Origin: Lama guanicoe
Taxonomy: Eukaryota
Length of the DNA: 64,000 bases
Direction: 5' to 3'
NCBI GenBank assembly: GCA_013239625.1
Contig: MU054400.1
Span: forward strand, 3,783,802-3,847,801
Positions 50,476-61,624 of this stretch are shown here, piece by piece (position 1 is the first letter of the stretch; each line of letters begins with the position of its first letter). The notes under the pieces were generated by a model. The model saw only the letters and a program-made list of their open reading frames with translations, did no database searches and was not told where the DNA came from. The position numbers were made by a program, and so were the translations under genes.

Positions 50476-53400
50476 CTAGGTTGGAAAATAGGACAGTATC
50501 GTTAAATACAGCAGCAGCGGGTATAAGGTGCTCTTATGTAACATTACAACATAAAATGATGTAAAGCTGGCTTTGGCTTGTTTCACTGAATCGCTAAGAC
50601 TAGTCAAAGAATTCTCTGTTACTAACAAACACCTGGGAAGACTCTTCTGGCAAAGTTTGCATCTGTTGAACACATCAATATCTGAATACAGGAATCAATA
50701 AGGCAGCCGCTGCCCTTCGGGAACTCACCGGGTCATGTGCATGTGGGTACGGCTGTCAGTCTACCAACCACTGAAACAGAGGAAACTACCAGAGTCTAGA
50801 TTACATGGGCCCTACCTATTCTCTCCATACGGCTACATACCTAACCTGGAGGAAAGCCTACAGGGGTAGTCACCTGAATCCTCAAAACAGAAGCTACTCC
50901 TCATGGACCTAGAAGCTATGACAGTAATAGGAGAGAAGGAAAGTCTCTCCTCCTCCTTCCTGACCTAAGCTTTGAAAAAGAACAGGCAGAAAAAGGGAAG
51001 GTTGAGGGGATTTACCAGGCAAGGAAAGCTGCACGTGGAAAGAGTAGATGCCTCAAATAGAGCGGCAGGTTCAGGTAGCGCCCATGGAATTGTGCAGGCT
51101 ACATACAGAGTGGACTCGAAGGAAGGAAATACCGAGTAATAGGAGATGTGGTAAAAACTGGGAAGAGCCCAAAGAGAGAACACATATATCCTTAGAGGCA
51201 AAGAAATGCCAATGAACTGATCCAAGCTGGGGGGAATCACTGGTCACATCTATTTAGACAATGCCTCTGGCAATGGACAGACTGGAGGCACCCGGAAGAG
51301 AGACAGGGCGACCACTGTAAAACCGACCTGAGCTGGGCTACCATGGTGGCATGGGAATGCAGAGAGGCAGCAAGAAGCAGATGTCTGAGGGCATCTGTAA
51401 CTGGTGGGTTGGGGAAGCAGAAGTGGGGGTGATAAGGCAGAAGGAGGGCTGTAACGGCAAGACCATTTCCTGAGTACCTAGATTCCTTTACAAACATCAC
51501 CTCCTAAGACATTCACCCTCACCCAACAGATGAGGAAACAGAGACCTTGCGAAATGAACTTGCTCAGGAATACACAGGTGATGAATTGTGGAGCTGGTAT
51601 TCAAGTCTAGGTAAGGCTGACTCTAACCTTCTACTGAACCTACTCCAGGACTGATTAATTATCACCTCATTCATTCTGGTGATTCTATGGATGCTTATGT
51701 CAACAACCAAGAATGAGGATTCAGGAGGAAGAGCAGGTAGGGGTGGCTGCAGCAGAAGCGAGGTGGTAAAGAGAAAGGTGAGTTCATTTTGCGATGCTAG
51801 GGTTTGAGTTCTTCTGAGAGAGTTAAGTGGTAATATCTGGAAGGTAGATACCTAGTGATCTGGAATTTAGGGGAAAAGTACATCAATGAAAGAAATTTCA
51901 GCAAAAGTTCTGCGTGGGAGATGGAGAAAGTGTAACTTATACTGATGGGGAGGAGGAGCAAGGAAGCCCATATTTACTGAATAATACCCAGCATTATGTC
52001 AGGCCGCATAGTTTAATGTACTACCTTTCTTAATCTTAAATGCTACTATTGTTGCTCCACTTTACAGATGAGAAACTGAGTGCTTACAATAAGGTTGAGT
52101 GACTTTTTGGGAATCACACAGCCAGCAAATGGAGATCAAAGATCTAGAACCAGAGTCTGATTCTAGAAGCCTCACCAATTATTTTGCTTTACTGTCCCTA
52201 AAACATATCCTTTCTCTCCATCTCCATCCCATTCTAGAATCTGACACTGCTAACCATTATGACACTTATATATGCCTGTCCTCTAGGACTTCATCACAGC
52301 ATATCATCCTGCTTCCTAATTTACCACTCCAACAGTTCCTTTTTAAGTATCCTTCCTTAATGTCTACTCTCAGAAATTGAAGTTTGGCTTTCAACCTCTC
52401 TCAAATGATCCCCTGGAATTCTTGGTCTCTGTCTCTCTTTCTTTCTTTCAATAAAAAACTGTTTTATTTTGTTCTTCAATCCTGACAACTCTGTGTTTCT
52501 GCCTCCTAGACTGTTAACTCTTGGGAGTTATACCTTCTTGGCAAACTATCACCTCCAGTTGGTGCTCTCTGCGAACATTTCCCTTTCTCATGAACCCAGA
52601 CAGCAGCCTGAACCCTTATTTCTTACTTGCAGGTATCTAGGGAATTTCTCTTTGGAATCTCTCCTATCCTTTTCCTTTTAGGACTACTGGCACCTGGTAA
52701 AGGTCTTTCTGCCCTGTCACTTAGATTATGCCTTCCCTAAGAGACTGTACCAGCTGCTTACAAAGCTTAAGTTTTGCTTTTATTGGGTTTCTCTCCTCCT
52801 GAAGAATGTTTGGTGGCTTCCAAATATCAACAGACTTTGCCTTATCTCCTAATAGTTCCCACTTGAAACTCCTCTCTTAATGTACCAATCTTCTCATCGT
52901 CCTCCAAAATATATTACAGTGATTCTCACACGCACATCCCTCCATCTCAGGAATGACTTCTCTTCTGATCCCTTTCAAATCATGTTCATCATCACCTGAG
53001 ATCAGAACAAGCCCAGCTCTTCAGTGAACCTCCCCTACGCATTCACAGAATCTCTCCCTCCTCAGAAGTTATTTAATACTTACTGTAATGTCTATGATTC
53101 ACTTTAATAAATACTACGATACATTGTTACATAGCCTGTGAGGTTACTTTACTTTTTTTTAAGATCTGAAAGCTGTCAAAGGAAGGACCTGTCTAGACTT
53201 CTTTTTCTACCATCTCTAAGTGCCCAACACCAATGCCGAGCACATAGCAGACACCCAATAAAATACATGGGAAGGTGCTTTCTTAATCACAGCCCTCTAG
53301 CTATTATTAAATTTTTGTTCCATGCACACTGCATCACTTATACGTTATAATCTGTATGTGTAAGTCATTTCTAGTCCAAAAATGATCTGTTTTTAGTATG

Positions 53401-53636
53401 GTTCATTCTTAGGAAATACCCACTGAGGTATTTAGGGAAAGGGATGTGATGTTTGCAACTTAATCTCAATGGTACAGAAAAAATTGTGAGTAAGCAAGAA
53501 ATAGAATGATAAATCAAATGTAGTAGTAAAAATGTTAACAATTGATGGATCTGAATGAGGGATAGCAGAGTTCTTTATACAATTTTGCTGCTTTCCTTTA
53601 AGTCTGAAATGATTTCAAAATCAAAAGTTAATATCA

Positions 53637-53740
53637 GGAGGGTGGGAGTAGCTCAGTGGTAGAGCGCATGCTTAGCATGCACGAGGTCCTGGTTTCAATC
53701 TCCAGTACCTCCATTAAAAGAACAAAACTAAAACAAAACA
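53637..53740 (+). mobile_element. tRNA-Ala-derived SINE (Vic-1-like)
   Basis: GTAGCTCAGTGGTAGAGCGCATGCTTAGCATGCACGAGGTCCTGGTTTCAATCTCCAGTACCTCCA followed by an A-rich tail; imperfect TSD CAAAAGT. Confidence 0.85.
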
Positions 53741-54736
53741 AAAGTCAAAATCTAGCTCAGTACTAAATAATAGGTCACAAAAATTTAGCCAATTTAGTTT
53801 CTTTGCCTAATCTTCAAAAATAAAAAAAAGCAAACAATCTTTAGAGGTGAAATTCCTAAAACGTTTATTTCAATGACTAAAAAATTATATTGATGCACAT
53901 TAAAAAAAAAATACTGATGAACTGGGTTGATTTTCAGTGGGAATAAACCAAACTTAAGACTTTTATCCCCCAATGTTTAAAAAACATGGTATCCTTTTTA
54001 AACTCCTAGAAATAAAAAGTTCAAAGAAAAGGGGCACTCAAGGTGTATACTTATGTGGTATATGTGTGCATGCCCATGCTGTGAATTTAAGTCTACTCTC
54101 TACTGAGATATAAGAAAGCTTTTCATGGATGGTCCATGGATTTTAAGTTCCATAAAGGCAAGGACCATATCATGTTCACTTTGATTCTCAACTCTTAGCA
54201 CAGAAGTTTGTTGAACCACATTTTAAAAGAAGATTCTCACTTGTTTATAGCATCCATAGCTGCCTATGACAGAGAGAGGCAGAAGGATATGTTAATGGCA
54301 CTTCAGCTCTGTGCACGATTTATAGAATCTACACATTTTACAGCTGTAAGTACTTGTTCAGGTCACATACAGCTTGTTGAACAGCTGCAAGCACAACCTA
54401 TCACTACACTTTCACTGTATTTCACATCACTGCTAACAAACACCTACACTTTGATTTATACAATGTTGATAAGTCAAAATGATTCCCAAAATTTTTTGCG
54501 AGTATGGTATATGCTTTGTCTTGAAATAAAATTGCCTGAGGCAACAGCATGCACACAAATTATAAGCAATTCTTCAGTTTTTCATACATAATCACACAAG
54601 ATCTTTTGAAGCTACCAATACCATAAATATGCTGTATGAGCCACTACACGGTTTCACTGGCATCAGTAAATTCTAAGCATGCAAAACACTAACAAAAAAG
54701 ACAAAAATATTTTTCAGAAAAAGTTTATAGAGGTAC

Positions 54737-54794
54737 CTGAATGTTTTTTGAGGACTCTTGCCAATTCTTCAATAGTTCTTACGCAGTCCAACCC
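54737..54794 (-). CDS. TUT7: TUT7 exon GLDCVRTIEELARVLKKHS
   Basis: 58 nt, AG/GT boundaries, phase 0 to 1. Confidence 0.96.
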
Positions 54795-55713
54795 CTGCAA
54801 CAAAAATGATACAAACTACTGAATCAAAAATGGAAGACAGGTTCCTAAAATGGTTATAGTTTCCATTTCCTCCAGAAATAATGAAATTAACTTGAATTTG
54901 TTCTGTATTCATTTTTTCCTAAGAATAATAGCCTAAGAATATGGAAACCCCATACACCCTACTTACTAATTGCTCCTGGAGGCACAAGAAAGGCTGAAAT
55001 CAGGGTCCCCAGAAAAATCTTTGAACCAATGAGGACCTCCATTTGTTCCCTCTATGTAACTATGTCACTCAGAAGTACTCTATGTGACAGACAGAATCAG
55101 TAAGAGGGAGCTTTTGTGGCCTGTCTGATTCATTCTGGGTAGGCCTTCGTTATAGTTTAATTAAAAGCTGATGAACTGCTGTGGAGAGTGATTAAGCTCA
55201 GATTATTTCTCCATAGGACTAGTCAAAAATACAATTTCCCAAAAGAAAGTCATATAACAAATAAGAATAATATTTCAAATATTTAAAAACATTTCTGCTG
55301 ATCTTCTTCAACATTAAGCCCTTTGAACGGTTACACACATCCCAGAATATATTTAGAATTTTATTTTAGAAATGCTTTCAAAACTAGTTTATTACTCACG
55401 TAAAAATTCAACCTAGCTGATACACAATCAGGTCATTCCACTTGTTGGACCCAATCTTGCTTATCCACCTCATTCACCAAAGTCATGCTAGATAACTTCT
55501 GGCTGTTTTCCCAAATCAGATACATCCTCAAGGGACAAAGACTTAACTCAGAAAAGGCATAAAAAGATCCTGAGCAGCAGCAGCATCGCTCATTTGGATA
55601 TATACCATTTCCATTGTTACTATAAATAAAAAAAAGGGGGGACGGACTCAGTACTTCTCAGACTTTATACCTTTTCACAGTATTTTATATTTAATAAATG
55701 CCTTCATATCCAT

Positions 55714-55888
55714 CAGGGCCAGCAAACCTTTTCTGCTTTGCGGGCCACATGGCCTGTTTCTAGGACTCGACCCTGAAGTCACAGAGTGAAAGCAGATGCA
55801 GACAATACAGAAGTGAAGGGGTATGGCTATGTGCCAGTAAGACTGATATGCACAAGACAGGCAGTGGGCCCTAGTTCCATGAACCCTG
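55714..55888. mobile_element. MER58A-like hAT-Charlie element
   Basis: CAGGGCCAGCAAAC...CTTTGCGGGCCACATGG...TGGCTATGTGCCAGTAA...ACCCTG. Confidence 0.65.
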
Positions 55889-56408
55889 ACATACGTGATC
55901 CAGGCTGAGGTGCACAGCAATCTCCTGAGGCAAGAGGATCTCATCTCCATATTAGAGATTATCAACCAAAGACCACACGTTTAGGGACTGATGAAACCCA
56001 AAGTCTGTCTTGAACCCAGGTCTCTGGACTCTAAGGTTTAGCACCCTTATCACTGAACCACATTCCCTGCCTGTTAAAAACGCTTTTTAGAAAATCTTAC
56101 GTGGGTGTGTTCGTGCACCCGAGTCAGCCTGGTGGCCATGTCAGTGGGATACTGGAGAGGCTGCTTTGACCTCCTGCACTCCTGGATGTCGCCTTCAGAT
56201 CCACCGCGCACTCAGGTTGCAAGCACAAGCCTTTCTACTCCTCACACTCCGCTCTAGACTTCTGATGTATCTGGCCAGACAGACTGTGCCAAATGGCACG
56301 CTCACATGCTATGCCCTGATAAATTTGGAATATACCACGCTGTACTGTCAGTCAAGATTGCCAAATCACACTGCCACAGCAAATGTAAGTTTCACGTGGT
56401 CACTGTAC

Positions 56409-56509
56409 CTCAGCAGTTTCAAGTCCATTAATTGTCATACAGACGTCAAGGTCACTCTGTTTGAACCCAAATCCATTTTTGGAGGAGCCAAACAAGCTCA
56501 ATTTAGTTC
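56409..56509 (-). CDS. TUT7: TUT7 exon (G)TKLSLFGSSKNGFGFKQSDLDVCMTINGLETAE (catalytic GS..DxD motif)
   Basis: Pol-beta nucleotidyltransferase signature FGS-x-SDLD is intact; 101 nt. Confidence 0.98.
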
Positions 56510-56606
56510 CTGTTAGGGATATATGAAAAGTAATAACTAATTACCTGAGTATATTTCATTTTCTGATCAAAATGACCCTCTCATGAATCAAAACTACCCA
56601 GTTATT

Positions 56607-56709
56607 GGGGGCTGGGGGTATAGCTCAGTGACAGAGCATGCGCTTGGCGTGCACGAGGTCCTGGGTTCAATCCCCAGTGCCTCCGTTGAGAGGGGGAAAA
56701 AAAAAAACC
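56607..56709 (+). mobile_element. tRNA-Ala-derived SINE (Vic-1-like)
   Basis: GGGGGTATAGCTCAGTG...GGTCCTGGGTTCAATCCCCAGTGCCTCC followed by poly(A). Imperfect TSD AAAACTACCCAGTTATT / AAAACAACTCAGTTGTT. Confidence 0.85.
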
Positions 56710-57234
56710 AAAACAACTCAGTTGTTAACTGTCCTATAATAATCTCATTATGATTATGTTCTCTTATTAACCATTTATTATAAATTATTTCCTTCCAAAA
56801 TTTACTTTAAGTAAGTACAAGCTGCAGGAGACATGAAGAATTATTAAGTGCCACTTTATTCTAAAATGCAAGGACGTTTTAAGGAAAACGTGGATCACTC
56901 ACCAAATTTAATCATGTGAGCTTGCTACTTTCTAAATAAATTCACTTTTTAGAGGCGTGAACTTTGACTCGAAACATTACACTATATGAAGTTCACGTGT
57001 GGCATCTGCTAAGAGAAATACTACAACGCAACACCATCTTTGTTGGCAAACTAGGACTGGGCCGACAAAAGACCACCCTAGGACTATTACAAAATAACTG
57101 AAGCCCTGTCCCCACCATCACTGCCAGGCTGCTTGCTTAGCCTTAAAATCAATATGCCCATAACACATGTACTCATTCTGAAGGAAAGTCACACTACCTT
57201 TTCTTTTTTTTTTAAGATTTAAAAAATTATTTAC

Positions 57235-57321
57235 CTGGAAACTCTTGCCTTATGAAACTTTCTAGGTTTTGCCGAATATGTTCACGAGCCTGATCTTCTA
57301 AAATGGTTGGAGAAAAATCCT
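57235..57321 (-). CDS. TUT7: TUT7 exon (K)DFSPTILEDQAREHIRQNLESFIRQEFP
   Basis: 87 nt, phase 1 to 1. Confidence 0.96.
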
Positions 57322-58381
57322 CTGTTTAAAATAAACAGAAACATTCAGAAACAAAGATTGTTCACGTTCTCTGAAAAAGTATATTTTTTAATACAATAAA
57401 ACCTAACACAGTAAAAAAAAAAAACAACAACAACAAAAAAAAACCCAAAGAAAACCCTAAATTTTGTGTGTCTTCTCAGTAGACGGCATTAAGCGATGTA
57501 AAATAAAGATGCCTTTTTGAAAGAGTTTATCAGCAAGAACTGCTCCTGAGGTGGAAACTAATCTGAGAAAGGGCTCCGCTCCTGGGTTTCAGACCCAGGG
57601 CCCTATGAAGGCAGCCTTCAGGGGACTGCCCCAGAGGATGGACACAATGGTTAATAAGCATGTGCATATATGTTTTCTTTCTAGGGTGGACCAATAGTTT
57701 CCTTTCATAGCTCATAATCTTCAAAGAGGTTTAAAAAAGAAGTCCCTGACTAAGGACGAGTGTCCTCTGGCACAGGCAGACATGCCAAGATGAAGCAATG
57801 TGATGCAGCACGTCCTGCATGCCTCCCCATCAAATGCTGTTCCTTGCAGAACTTTAAACCTCTGTGCATCAACACTTCCCAAAACTGGTGTTCCTTACAG
57901 GGCTGTTCTGAAGGTTATTGACTAGCATTAATTAAAGAGTATTCTATGCTCAAACTTTGAAAAAGTTAAAGAGTAAATAAGCTCTTTACTGTAACATTTC
58001 TCAGAGCCTTTATTATGTTAATGGCCCCTGTGAATCTCTAAGGGAGGGGGCAGGAAGTAGAGCTATTTCCCACTTGACCTGTGGAATACTTCTTGTTGAG
58101 AAATACTATTAATGGAATCTAAAAATACATTTCAAGGAAAACCAGTTGGGAAGTGATAGTACTCCAGTCTTAAGACTTAAAGGATTCTCCCTCTCCCTGT
58201 CTTTAACAATTATTTATTGCACATCCCAAATAGAATAGGAAACACTGGGCACTGTGGATACAACGGAGAATGGAACAGACTTAGCCCCTACAACGAAGCT
58301 AACTGGTTAGTCATTCAGATGACTCTTAAGAAAATGTCAATGTTATATTTTGACAAATCAAAAGAAATGTTAATAACTTAC

Positions 58382-58532
58382 TATAACACTGAATGCAAAC
58401 TTGATCTAAGATATTTGAAAATTTGGGTGTTAACGGTGGCAGAGGTTCCAGCTGGATTCTTTTGAAGTCTTCGGGACAGTCCTTCTTTAGATGACCCTCT
58501 CGTTTGCATAAACTGCATACTACTGTAGGAGA
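58382..58532 (-). CDS. TUT7: TUT7 exon SPTVVCSLCKREGHLKKDCPEDFKRIQLEPLPPLTPKFSNILDQVCIQCY (first CCHC knuckle)
   Basis: 151 nt; CX2CX4HX4C. Confidence 0.97.
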
Positions 58533-58946
58533 CTGCAGAAAGGCGACAAAGCAGAACAAGACTTAAGGTAAAACTTTATTCGCCAAATGAAGGGGTCTTG
58601 AATCTTTTTTCAAAAGTACACATTCTACTCATCACATTCCCAAGGAATGAAAATATAATGTGTGGCTACTCCAAACTCTCTCAGATAAGGATACCCTTTT
58701 GACCCTTTTGGTCTACTTCAGAGAAAAGGCTGTTATTATTACTACCAACAGCATTCCTTTTCTCCTATGCAGATTCCTAAGAGGCTAAGAAGGGAAGCGG
58801 ACCTAGCAGCTGAACTGGAGTGAATGACCAACTTGTTCACCACTACCAAACCAGGAGAGCCCCGCTTCAGTACGCCAAAATCAAAATGACATGCATTAAA
58901 ACCGCTTCAAGTCTCCTAGCACCACGTCTAGGAGCAGCGTGATTAC

Positions 58947-60022
58947 CTTGCCTTTGGTGAAGGTGAGTTTACTAAATTCATAGAAGAAATCAGGCAGATC
59001 CACAGCTGAATTTTCCTCACATACATTTCCTTCTTTAAGACTGACTTTATTAAGTTCCGTGAGTAGAGCTTCATCCGCATGTTTTCCACATTCTTTCAAG
59101 TCTTCAGACTTAGCAGACCCACCTAATTCCTCATCCTCTCCTGACAGGGCATCCTCATCCCCTGATCCGGGGTAGGTGTTGTCCAATTCATCTTCATTAG
59201 CAATGCCATCCTCTTCTTCCCTTCGGGAAATGCAGAGCCCGGGTTCCTCATCCTCCTCCTCTTCTTCTTCCTCTTCTTCATCAGAGTGAATGATTCCTGA
59301 CATCCGGCCCTGTCTCGAAGGGGTAAAGTGGCTTAGAGTGTCTCCGAGTTCATCAGTAGCTTCCATGCTTGCTTTGGCACCAGCCTTGTCATTGCACTCT
59401 TTGGCTGTAGGATTTCTGAAGCCTTCCAAACCCAAAGTGCTGCCTGTCTCATTAGTTCGTGTGCTGCCACAGGTGGCAAGCTCCCCACATTTGCTACTAC
59501 TTACAGCTTGATCATCAGCTGTCAAAGGATGCATGCCCTCCCTCCCACTTTTTTTGTCCTCATTTTTACTTCCTGTTTCTTGATGTTGCACTTTAACATC
59601 CTCAGAGTCATCACAACTGACCTCGGCCTTCATACCGTCTGAGTTTTCCAGGTGGACACAGATGCGTGTGTTTCCCATTTCCTCTCTTGATGGGCTTTCA
59701 AAGCATTCAGCTGTCTCTTTGAGAGTAAGTGGCCGTGCCTTGCAGGTGTTTGCAGTTGAACTGGCAGCACCAAGACCTTGAGCCAAAACTGAGTTTTTGA
59801 GTTTATCACCTTTCACTTGTACACCTGGATCACGTTTTGCTACTTGTTTAGAATGCTCGGAAGTACAGGTAACAGCACTCAGAGGCTTTGGAAGGCTAGA
59901 CTTTGTAACTTTGTGTGGAAGAGCAAAATATTTATACGTTGTCCTTAAACAATGAAGTATATATTCAAATACAGGTTGATTATTTAGGGTTCTTGCCACA
60001 TTCCTCTTAACAGAGTAGGGAT
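58947..60022 (-). CDS. TUT7: TUT7 large exon: end of the N-terminal module plus the acidic disordered linker
   Basis: 1076-nt open exon (D)PYSVKRNVARTLNNQPVFEYILHCLRTTYKYF...DFFYEFSKLTFTKGK; acag/gtaatc boundaries. Confidence 0.97.
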
Positions 60023-61443
60023 CTGTAATTAAAAAAAAAAAAGATCCACCATTTCATACACTTCTATTTCATGGTTTAAAAATCAGCCTGCTACAGACAC
60101 AGACAACAAATAAGCAACAGTAAAACTTAATTTACCATGTATCTTATATGCTTTTTTAAAAACTGGGGATGGGGAGTAAGAAGATAGTTTAAAAACAAAA
60201 AGAAATGTTTTCTTAACCATCTGCTCTACAGAAAGAACCCATCCTGTTCAGAACCAGTACCCCTTCCCTATTCTGTTCTGTGACTGTGGAGGTAAAAAAA
60301 AGATGTCATCAGTGTGGCTGTCATGCCCTCGGGAAGTGAGATCTTCCCGCCAGGCTCTGCTGAGTGCTCGGCCTCCCCACTCAGCCAGGCCCTGTGGTTT
60401 GTAGAGCTTACCTCCACTCTTCTGCCCTGGGAAGCCCCATCACTGAACTGGCTGGACTGAATTCAGGGGCGAGAGGGAGGCACCAGGAGGAGACACCACT
60501 TCTCTCAATCTTTTCTCCTCCCCTAGAACTCCAGCAGGTTAGGCAATTGGCCAGAAGAGCTGAGCCAGAGAAACTGCAGGGGAGGGTTTAAAAATGTGAG
60601 ATCCCCATGACTGCACACAGAATTTATGCAAAATGCAAAAATCTCTCTTATGCAATATAAAGCTTGAAAAAAAAATCAAGCAAATATAAGAGAATTCCAT
60701 TTAGGAGGTTCTTTAAATTATTTGAAGGAGGAGAATTAAGATTTCTAGAGGGGTTTCCACCTCCTGATTTTGTAAAGCTGAGAAGAACTAGTCCATTTAA
60801 TGATGTCTACAGGGCACATCAGTATGTCTTTTATACAATGGTTTCAGTTAAATGAGACTTAACTCATTGAACACTAAGTGTTTTTTTTTTTTTAAAGAAA
60901 AGGTGTTTTTGTGAACAAGTTCTAAAGGTTACTACAGATATCCCAAAAATAACTATCCTTCTGCTCTATGGAGAAGAATCCAACGAAGAATGCTATTTTT
61001 CATGAGAAAAAGTATTTTCCTCAACCTTTGTAAAACTAAACATCAACACCAATCCATGAAAGGACTGAATCAAAAATCCAGATATGAGAACAGTAAAGAG
61101 GAAAGGCATATTTACACATCACTTGGAAAAAACTTTTCAAGCATTCAAGTTGTAAAGCAATTTACAAAGAAAATAAGGACTCAAGCCAGTCACTATTTTA
61201 GTTGCTTGAGTAATTAAGATGTCTTACTGCAGCACTTAAAAAACCCAGGATGATCATTTTGATCCCCTGGAATGACCCACTGTTAACACATGCAAGATTC
61301 TAGCTATTTATTTCACTTTTAAGGTCCGGCCTACCTTACATGTAGGAGCTGAAAAAAGATCGAAATATAAAGCATGCTGTTAGACTGATACCTTAAAAAA
61401 AAACAAAACAAAACAAAAAAAGGAATTAAACATTCTGAGATAC

Positions 61444-61624
61444 CTTCAATGGCAATGCGCTTTTTGGGCCAATCCTTTGATTCACGAGACACTGCTTCTT
61501 TGACACGGATACTTATCACTAAATCAGCCAAATTGAACTCTAAAGCGTAGAATCGAAGCAGTTCCACCCAGAGCTGCCCAACGGGTACTGAAGGCTGGTT
61601 TTTGAAATCAAATATTAGAGATAC
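61444..61624 (-). CDS. TUT7: TUT7 exon VSLIFDFKNQPSVPVGQLWVELLRFYALEFNLADLVISIRVKEAVSRESKDWPKKRIAIE (first PAP-associated domain); gene continues beyond the window
   Basis: 181 nt, AG/GT boundaries, phase 0 to 1. Confidence 0.96.

Noticed and set aside
53641..53713. Apparent tRNA-Ala(AGC) gene (also at ~56613 and ~43505)
   Set aside because: A-rich tails, TSDs, stem or B-box mismatches and no oligo-T terminator indicate SINE copies.
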